DNA of 64,000 nucleotides, taken from NCBI GenBank assembly GCA_963748015.1, contig CAVVHE010000005.1, forward strand, positions 288,001 through 352,000, in the 5' to 3' direction. Positions 57,315 to 64,000 of the stretch are shown one piece after another; the first letter of the stretch is position 1; each line of letters begins with the position of its first letter. Source of the stretch: Terriglobia bacterium. Its GTDB lineage: Bacteria > Acidobacteriota > Polarisedimenticolia > Polarisedimenticolales > JAIQFR01. The notes beneath the pieces were generated by a model. That model had not been told where the DNA came from. It did no database searches and saw only the letters and a list, made by a program, of their open reading frames with translations. The position numbers were made by a program, and so were the translations under genes.

Positions 57315-58745
57315 CTAGTGATCTTGCGCCCGCAGCTCCTCGAGGCGATGCACGACGCCGGAGCGGACGACGAGCTTGACCCTGCGGAGGCCCGCGATGT
57401 CGGCGGACGGGTCGCCGGCGACGACGAGCAGGTCGGCGAGCTTCCCCTTCTCGATCGTGCCGAGGTCCTTGGCGCGCCCCATCGCCGCGGCGCCCCCGCG
57501 CGTCGACGCGACCAGGACCTGCATCGGGGTCATCCCCGCCGCCTGCATCGCCTCCATCTCGGCATAGATCGAGGGGCCGGGAAGGGTGAGCGGGTTGCCG
57601 GCGTCGGTCCCCATGGCGATCGGGATGCCGGCCGCGACGGCCTTGCGCAGGTTGTCCGCGGCGACCGTCTCCTGCGCCGCGAGGGAGGCCTTGCGGGCGG
57701 TGACGCGATCGGCGTTCACCTTGGAGGCGCCCGCCGTGGCGGACTCGGCCACGCGCGCGAGGGTCGCCGCGTCCACGCAGCCGTTCGGATCGTCCACCAC
57801 CGGGGCCTTGCCCGAGAGCGCCGAATCCCACATCCGCACGTAGCCGCCGCTCACGGTGAGGGTCGGGCAGTAGATCGTCCCGTTCGTTTTCGCGAGCGAG
57901 AGGAACTCGTCGTCGAGCGGTTGATCGGACACGCTGTGCACGAGGAGCGCGGCGCCCGCCCTCAGCGCCGCCTTCGCCTCGCGGAGGCCGGTGGCGTGGA
58001 CGATCAGCGGCAGCCCGCGCTTCTTCGCCTCGTCGCCGGCGGCCGCGACCGCGGCCTCCATCTCCTCGAACGGCCGCTCCTTGAAGACGATGAACCACAC
58101 CTTGACCGCGTCGGTCCCCTGCGCGGCGAGATAGCGCACCCCCTCGCGCGCCGCCTTCTCGTCCGCGAGGTAGACGAACTGGCGCTCGGCCGGGAGATTG
58201 AGCCAGAAATCGCGCGTGGAAAGGAGCGGCCCCGCCGCCGCGACGTGCGGCGCCGAAGGATCCGCCTCGGCCCGCTCGCGGAGCGGCCAGGTCCACGGGT
58301 AGCCACCCACGTCGTAGACGGCGGTCACCCCCGAGCAAAGGTACGCGCGGAAGTAGCGCTCCGGATGGAGCCTGAGACCCGCCTGCACCTCCTCGTAGGG
58401 ATGGCGGTCGCGCATGTCCATGGCGTCCGGGCGGCCGTCCGCCCAGCCGGTCTGGCAGAAGTGCACGTGAGCGTCCACCAGGCCCGGCGTGACGAAGAGT
58501 CCCGAGACGTCGAGGATCTCGGCTCCCTCGGGCACGCGGCACGCATCGCGCGTTCCCGCGCAGGCGATCCGCCCGTCGCGGACCACGACCGCCGAATCGC
58601 GGAGCGGCGGCCCGCCCAGCCCGTCGAGGAGCGTTCCGCCGACGAGCGCCTTCGTAGACGGCGGCGTCCCGGCGGACCGGGCAACGAGAGGAACGACGGC
58701 CAGCGCCGCCAGGAGAAGGATCGGGACGACTCGACGCATGGGCAC
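57315..58745 (-). CDS. Amidohydrolase-family protein, secreted
   Basis: PGLVDAHVH, VHAT, GTDAG, GTIEKGKLADLLVV. Confidence 0.9.
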   Translation of the reverse strand: MPMRRVVPILLLAALAVVPLVARSAGTPPSTKALVGGTLLDGLGGPPLRDSAVVVRDGRIACAGTRDACRVPEGAEILDVSGLFVTPGLVDAHVHFCQTGWADGRPDAMDMRDRHPYEEVQAGLRLHPERYFRAYLCSGVTAVYDVGGYPWTWPLRERAEADPSAPHVAAAGPLLSTRDFWLNLPAERQFVYLADEKAAREGVRYLAAQGTDAVKVWFIVFKERPFEEMEAAVAAAGDEAKKRGLPLIVHATGLREAKAALRAGAALLVHSVSDQPLDDEFLSLAKTNGTIYCPTLTVSGGYVRMWDSALSGKAPVVDDPNGCVDAATLARVAESATAGASKVNADRVTARKASLAAQETVAADNLRKAVAAGIPIAMGTDAGNPLTLPGPSIYAEMEAMQAAGMTPMQVLVASTRGGAAAMGRAKDLGTIEKGKLADLLVVAGDPSADIAGLRRVKLVVRSGVVHRLEELRAQDH

Positions 58746-58746
58746 C

Positions 58747-59637
58747 TCAACGCGCGAGGTCGCGCAGGACCCCCGCCAGCGTCTCGTTGAAGAGCTGCGG
58801 GGCCTCGAGCATCGGGAAGTGGCCGAGGCCCGGCAGGATCACGACGTCGTACTTCGCATACGTCCGCCGGTTCTCGCCGACTCGGGTAGGCCACAGGTCG
58901 CAGTTGACGCTCCGGATCGGGACCGTGAGCGCCGCGATCGCCGGCCGGATGTCGTAGGTGGCGAGCGAGTCGAACGTCGCGATCGCCACCTCGGGGGGCG
59001 CCGAGGCGACGTCCGCGGCGACCTCGTCCACGAGCGCCGGATCGGCGGTCTTCGGGAACATCTCGCGAACGAAGGCGTCCGCCCCCTTCCGGAAGTCCGC
59101 GCGCAGCGGTTTCGACATGTCGTCCCACGCCTTCGGGTCCGGCTTCTCGTTCAGGTCCTGCAGCGTGTCCACGGGGACGAGGGCCACGACGCGCTCCGGC
59201 ATCCTCCGTGCCGCCTCGACTGTGACCGGCCCGGACATCGAGTGGCCGATCAGGACCACGCGCCGGAGCCCGAGATGCTCCACCACCGCCTTCACGTCGT
59301 CGGCGTACGCCTCCACCGTGAAGCGCTTCCGCGCCATGCCCGACGTCCCGTGGCCGGCGAGATCGAGCGTGACCACGCGATAGTGCGCCGAGAAGTACGG
59401 CACCTGGTTCTTCCAGTAACCGCCGTCGCACGACCACCCGTGGACGAAGACCAGCGCGGTCTCGCCGCCTCCCTCGGCGCGGTAGTGGATCGGAACGCCG
59501 TCCGCGGACGGGACCGTTCCTTCGGCGACCTCGGCGGTTGCCGCCGGCGCTTCCGCCCGCGGTGGCGGAGGAGGCGACGAGGCGCAGCCGGCGACGAGCG
59601 CCAGCACGGCGAGAACGAACCACGCGCGACGGCTCAT
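58747..59637 (-). CDS. Alpha/beta hydrolase, lipoprotein
   Basis: LVAGC lipobox; FVHGW, DLAGHG.S, GHSMSG, GHFPMLE. Confidence 0.92.
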   Translation of the reverse strand: MSRRAWFVLAVLALVAGCASSPPPPPRAEAPAATAEVAEGTVPSADGVPIHYRAEGGGETALVFVHGWSCDGGYWKNQVPYFSAHYRVVTLDLAGHGTSGMARKRFTVEAYADDVKAVVEHLGLRRVVLIGHSMSGPVTVEAARRMPERVVALVPVDTLQDLNEKPDPKAWDDMSKPLRADFRKGADAFVREMFPKTADPALVDEVAADVASAPPEVAIATFDSLATYDIRPAIAALTVPIRSVNCDLWPTRVGENRRTYAKYDVVILPGLGHFPMLEAPQLFNETLAGVLRDLAR

Positions 59638-59730
59638 GACGCCCCCCCTTCCCGCCTCCGCGGCGGGCGCACCGGCTCATCGTACCCCACCACGGGCCCC
59701 CCTCGGGCCGCGATGGGATAGAGTGGAGGG

Positions 59731-60609
59731 ATGCGCTCTCCGCGACGCCTCGCGATCGCGCTCGGGCTCGCCGCCGCTCTCGGGGCGTGGGCCGAGCCCT
59801 CCGCTCCGCCGGCGGACCCGGACGCGCGCGCCGCCCTCGAGTCCATGGAAGCGGCCGCCGCGCGCGTCCAGGACTACACGATGACCCTCGTCCGCCAGGA
59901 GCTGATGGGCGACCGGCTCCAGCCCGAGCGGACGGCGATCGAGAAGTGGTCGCGCCCCTACCGCCTCTACGTTCACGACATCGCCGGTTCGGACGCGGGA
60001 CAGGAGGTGCTGTTCGTGCGGGGGTGGAACGGCGACCGGCTGCGCGCGCACCGCGGCAGGTTCCCGGACATCACGGTGAACCTCGACCCGCAGGGGTCGT
60101 GGGCGATGGCGCACGCGCACCATCCCGTGACGCAGGCCAGCCTCCCCGGCTTCGTGAAGATCGTCCTCGACAACGTGGCCGAGGGGACCCGGCGCGGGGA
60201 GGGAAGCCTCCGGTTCCTCGGGCGCGAGACGCTCTGGGGGCGTCCGGCGCTCGAGCTCGAGCTGACGAGCCCGGCCGAAGCGTCGCCCCACGTCATGGCG
60301 AAGGGAGAGACGCTCTGGGACGTCGAGCGCCTGACGGGGCAGACGATGTACGTCATCCTCCATTTCAACCGCGCGAGGGGGTGGCGCACCGCCCGGGATC
60401 CGCGCGCGGGGGACACCGTGCTCGTCCCCCGCTACTACGCCGGCAGGGTCGTCCTCGACGTGGACGAGGAGCTGCGCCTCCCGATCCGGGCGACGATCTA
60501 CGATCACGACGGGAACCTGTACGAGCGTTACGAGCACCGGGACCTCAAGATCAACGTCGGGCTGACCGACGCCGACTTCGACCCCAAGAACCCCGCCTAC
60601 GACTTCTAG
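59731..60609 (+). CDS. DUF1571/LolA-like secreted protein with inserted LysM-like domain (paralog 1)
   Basis: DYTMTLVRQE...KWSRPYRLY...GQEVLFV.G.N; HVMAKGETLWDV; YERYEHRDLKINVGLTDADFDP.NP.Y.F. Confidence 0.8.
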   Translation: MRSPRRLAIALGLAAALGAWAEPSAPPADPDARAALESMEAAAARVQDYTMTLVRQELMGDRLQPERTAIEKWSRPYRLYVHDIAGSDAGQEVLFVRGWNGDRLRAHRGRFPDITVNLDPQGSWAMAHAHHPVTQASLPGFVKIVLDNVAEGTRRGEGSLRFLGRETLWGRPALELELTSPAEASPHVMAKGETLWDVERLTGQTMYVILHFNRARGWRTARDPRAGDTVLVPRYYAGRVVLDVDEELRLPIRATIYDHDGNLYERYEHRDLKINVGLTDADFDPKNPAYDF

Positions 60610-60629
60610 CGGCGAGGGGGAGGATCGCG

Positions 60630-60965
60630 ATGAGATCAGTTCGCTTCGCCGGCGCCCTGGCCGCGTTGCTGCTCCTCGCCTCGTGCGGGCTGCTCGGCAC
60701 GAGCATCAAGACAATCCTCGACAACCCGCGGGACTACGACGGCAAGACCGTCACGGTCTCGGGCGAGGTCAAGGAAGCGACGAGCCTGCTCATCGTCAAG
60801 TACTTCACGATCGCGGATTCCACCGGGCAGATCACCGTCATAACCGACCGCCCGCTCCCGAAGAAGGGCCGCCGTCTCCGCGTCCACGGGGTCGTGCACG
60901 AGGCGTTCTCGCTCGGCAGCAGCGACGTCATGGTGATCGAGGAGAAAGGCGGGGGCGACCGTTGA
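60630..60965 (+). CDS. OB-fold lipoprotein
   Basis: LLASC lipobox; I..ILDNP..YDGK.VTVSGEV...F.I.DSTG.I.V. Confidence 0.8.
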   Translation: MRSVRFAGALAALLLLASCGLLGTSIKTILDNPRDYDGKTVTVSGEVKEATSLLIVKYFTIADSTGQITVITDRPLPKKGRRLRVHGVVHEAFSLGSSDVMVIEEKGGGDR

Positions 60966-61867
60966 GACACCCCCCGCGGCGCGCGGCCGCGGCGCTCCTT
61001 GCCGCGGCGCTCGCCGCCCTTTCCGCCCATGCGGGCGGAGCGCCGGCGCCCGACGCGGCCGCCGCACCCTCCGCCCCGCGCGAGCTCCTCGGGAAGATGG
61101 GGGACGCCGTCGCCCGCCTCCAGGACTACACCATGCTCCTGGTCAAGCAGGAGTACTTCCTCGACGACGGGAAGCTCGAGCCCGAGGAGCGCCTCCTGTT
61201 CAAGTGGGCGCGCCCGTACCGCGTCTACTTCAGGAACGTCCAGGGCGCGAACCCCGGCCGCGAGGTGATCTACGTCCGCGGCTCGAACAACGACAGGATC
61301 CGCGTGCACAAGGGCTCGTTCCCGGACGTCAACCTGAACCTCGACCCGCACGGCGCGTGGGCGACCGACGGCACCCACCACCCGATCGACGAGTCCAGCC
61401 TTCTCGACCTCGTGCGCCTCATCGTGGGGAGCGCGGCCGACGCCGAGAAGGCCGGCGAGGGGAGCGTCCGCCTCCTCGGCGCGCGCGAGGTGGACGGCCG
61501 CCCGTGCGACGAGCTCGAGCTGACGAGCCCGAGGACCGGCACCGTCCACGTCATGGACAAGGGGGAGACGCTCTGGGACGTCTCCCACGCCTCGGGCAAG
61601 TCGATGTACGCCATCCTCCAGGCCAACCGCGCCCGCGGCTGGACCGGCCCCGCCGACCCCAAGCGCGGCGCCGAGGTGTTCGTCCCCCGCTACTACGCCG
61701 GCCGCCTCGACGTCTGCATCGACCGCGAGCTGCTCCTCCCCCTTCGCGTGACGGTGTGGGACTTCGACGGCAACCTCTACGAGCGCTACGAGCACCGCGA
61801 CCTGAAGGTCAACGTCGGCCTCACCGACGCCGACTTCGATCCGAAGAACCCCGCGTACCGGTTCTGA
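60962..61867 (+). CDS. DUF1571/LolA-like secreted protein with inserted LysM-like domain (paralog 2)
   Basis: Colinear with 59731-60609; TTG start overlaps the upstream TGA. Confidence 0.8.
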   Translation: MRHPPRRAAAALLAAALAALSAHAGGAPAPDAAAAPSAPRELLGKMGDAVARLQDYTMLLVKQEYFLDDGKLEPEERLLFKWARPYRVYFRNVQGANPGREVIYVRGSNNDRIRVHKGSFPDVNLNLDPHGAWATDGTHHPIDESSLLDLVRLIVGSAADAEKAGEGSVRLLGAREVDGRPCDELELTSPRTGTVHVMDKGETLWDVSHASGKSMYAILQANRARGWTGPADPKRGAEVFVPRYYAGRLDVCIDRELLLPLRVTVWDFDGNLYERYEHRDLKVNVGLTDADFDPKNPAYRF

Positions 61868-61889
61868 GCTCGATCGCGACGGCCTCCTC

Positions 61890-62083
61890 GGCCGCTGCTC
61901 CGGCCCGCGACCGCCCGCGGCGACGATGCCCGAGGCGACGGGGACCCCTGCACGGCCGCACGAAGGGTCGAGCGCGATGGCGATAGGGTCTTCGCCATCG
62001 CGTTTGCTCGACCCTTCGTGCGGCCGATGCGGGTCGTCGCCGAGGGAGGTCGCCGTGGGCGGTCGCGGGCCGGAGCAGCGGCC
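61890..62083 (+). repeat. Rod-like palindromic element, copy C (194 nt)
   Basis: Same core as copy B with compensatory substitutions; different 35-bp outer stem (1 G-U). Confidence 0.93.
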
Positions 62084-62107
62084 TGCTCGCAAGACCTCGG
62101 GGCCGAG

Positions 62108-63091
62108 TCAGGCGTGGATCTCGACGACGTCCCCTTCCTCGAGGACGTGCTCGCGCTGGACGGTCTGGCCGCCGAAGACGTGCTTCCCCCAGATGCGGGC
62201 GAACTTCATGTGGGCGAGGATGTCCTTGTGGATCCGCTCGGCGAGGTCGCCGACGGTCGCGCCGCGCGGGAGGGCGAACGGCGCGTGCAGGTCGGGGGGC
62301 TTCCCGGGCTGCTTGGTGTACACGCGGACGAGCTCGAGGGCCTCGAACGTCTTGCGGCGGAGGTCCTCGAGCCCCTGCCCCGTCGCCGCCGAGACCGGCA
62401 CGACCGGCCACGGTTCCTCGAGCAGCTCGTCGAGCACCGCGACGCTCTCGACCGCGCCGGGCCGGTCGAGCCCCGTGACCACGAGCAGCGCCTTTCGGCA
62501 GCGCCAGCCGACCTCGGCCGCCTCGGGCGGAGGCTGGCCGGCGGGACGGACCTCGATCCGCCCTCGCCGGAGGAGCGCCCGCGCGGACTCCAGCTGGCCC
62601 AACGGGTCCCCGGCGGCGACGACGAGCCAGAAGAGGTCGGCCGCGCGGATCGTATCGAACAGCCACGGCTCGAGGTGCTCCTCGGAGAGCGGCGGCAGGT
62701 CCACCAGCTGGATCGCGACGTTCTCGAACGGCATCATCCCGGGGACGGGCTCGCGCGTCGTGAACGGGTAGTCCGCCACCTCGGGCCGCGCCTTGGTGAG
62801 CCGGGCGACGAGCGAGGACTTCCCGGTGTTCGCCGGCCCGACCAGCGCCACCTGCCCCGCTCCCTCCCGGTGCACCATGTAGCTGAACCCCTTCTTGCCG
62901 CCCTTCTTTCCCTCCTGCTTCCGGAGCTTCGCGATCCGCGACTTGATGTCCCCCTGCAGGCGGTCGGTGCCCTTGTGCTTGGGCATGATCGCCAGCATCT
63001 CCTCGAGGGCGGCGATCTTCTCCTCGGGGGTGCGCGCCTGGCGAAACCGCTGCTCGGCGGCGTGGTAGGCGGGCGTGAGGTTGGCGGGCAT
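62108..63091 (-). CDS. DRG/OBG-family GTPase with TGS domain
   Basis: MPANLTP.Y, PKHKGTD, GPANTGKSS, YPFTT, IQLVDLPP, RVYTK.PG, GQTV.REHVL..GDVVEIH. Confidence 0.9.
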   Translation of the reverse strand: MPANLTPAYHAAEQRFRQARTPEEKIAALEEMLAIMPKHKGTDRLQGDIKSRIAKLRKQEGKKGGKKGFSYMVHREGAGQVALVGPANTGKSSLVARLTKARPEVADYPFTTREPVPGMMPFENVAIQLVDLPPLSEEHLEPWLFDTIRAADLFWLVVAAGDPLGQLESARALLRRGRIEVRPAGQPPPEAAEVGWRCRKALLVVTGLDRPGAVESVAVLDELLEEPWPVVPVSAATGQGLEDLRRKTFEALELVRVYTKQPGKPPDLHAPFALPRGATVGDLAERIHKDILAHMKFARIWGKHVFGGQTVQREHVLEEGDVVEIHA

Positions 63092-63102
63092 CTCTCACCG
63101 CG

Positions 63103-64000
63103 TCAGAGCGGCTGGTGCTCGGGCCGCAGGAAATCGAAGACCGACTTGACCGGCGTGAACGTCTCGGGCGGCACCTCGACGAACACGGTGTTCCACCGGG
63201 CCATCGCGCCGTTCCAGAGGCCGGGGCGCTCGAGCGCCTTGATCTCGCGCCCCGCCTGGAACTTCCTCGCGATGATCGCCGCGTCGGGATTCACGAACTC
63301 GCGGAGATCGAACGGGCGGCGGTGGGCGTCGCGCACGCCGCAGACCAGGTCCACGGGGTTGAAGTGCGTCGAGGCCTCGAGAATCGCCCGCTGCGAAGCG
63401 GACGATCGGTCGATCTCGGCGCCCTCGACGATCTGGAGGCTCGCACCGCCGTGGTCGTCGCGGACCCAGAACGGACCGCCGCCGGGCTCCCCGGTGTTGC
63501 GCACGACCCCGCAGATCCGGATCGGCCGCGAGAGCGCGGAGAGGAGCCTGCGCCGCCTCGCCTCGTCCCCGGCGAGGGCGGGAAGCTCGAGGTGCAGGCT
63601 CGTCCGCGCGAATCCTTCCGCCTCCCGGACGAGCGCCGGGCCCGCCCCCGATTCGAGCTCCAGCACGAGCGCCCGGGCGCACTCCTCGATCTCGACGAGC
63701 TTGCCGACGAGGGCCCGCTTGTGGAGGAGCGTCGCCTCCCGCAGCCTGTCGGGCTGGATGTTGTCGATGTTCTTGATCAGGACCACGTCGCCGCCGAGGT
63801 CGTTCAGGTTCTCGATGAGCGCCCCGTGACCCGACGGGCGCAGGAGCAGCCGTCCGTCCCCGTTCCGCTGCGGCTCGCCATCGGGCCCGAGCGAGAGCGT
63901 GTCGGTCGCCGCCTTCTGGACGGAGAACGAGACCTCGAAGCGGACCCCGAGCCTCCGCTCGTGGCGCGGCCGCGTCGTCGCGAGCCCCTCGCGGAAACGG
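63103..64000 (-). CDS. DUF4301-family protein (5' end outside window)
   Basis: RPSGHGALIENL, IKNIDN, GEPGGGPFWV, THFNPVDLVCG, ALERPGLWNGAMA.WNTVFVEVP. Confidence 0.88.
   Translation of the reverse strand, partial: RFREGLATTRPRHERRLGVRFEVSFSVQKAATDTLSLGPDGEPQRNGDGRLLLRPSGHGALIENLNDLGGDVVLIKNIDNIQPDRLREATLLHKRALVGKLVEIEECARALVLELESGAGPALVREAEGFARTSLHLELPALAGDEARRRRLLSALSRPIRICGVVRNTGEPGGGPFWVRDDHGGASLQIVEGAEIDRSSASQRAILEASTHFNPVDLVCGVRDAHRRPFDLREFVNPDAAIIARKFQAGREIKALERPGLWNGAMARWNTVFVEVPPETFTPVKSVFDFLRPEHQPL

Overview
High-GC bacterial chromosomal segment. The gene mix suggests an uncultured Acidobacteriota-like organism, but that is inference only. It holds about 57 protein-coding genes, mostly housekeeping, envelope and hydrolase functions (queF, ispG, dnaJ, pcnB, PRODH, RNase II/R family, beta-CASP nuclease, a sigma54 two-component pair, peptidases). 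I found no rRNA, tRNA, CRISPR array, transposase or integrase. The main observations are: (1) two selenoprotein candidates missed by the ORF track, each with an in-frame TGA followed by a SECIS-like hairpin. One is a SelW/Rdx-type CxxU protein. The other is a small membrane protein that ends a TolC-MFP-RND operon with two P-II-like genes, divergent from an ECF sigma/anti-sigma/DUF2892/DUF302 operon. (2) A 2203-aa secreted 14-kelch, Cys-rich protein ending in a dockerin-like module, translationally coupled to a cohesin-like lipoprotein; a 14-kelch paralog elsewhere carries a different C-terminal module. (3) Two families of intergenic hairpins with a conserved, covarying core but copy-specific, self-complementary arms. 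(4) A phosphate acyltransferase-butyrate kinase fusion broken by a cluster of frameshifts, probably assembly errors. All calls come from reading motifs by eye; no searches were run.
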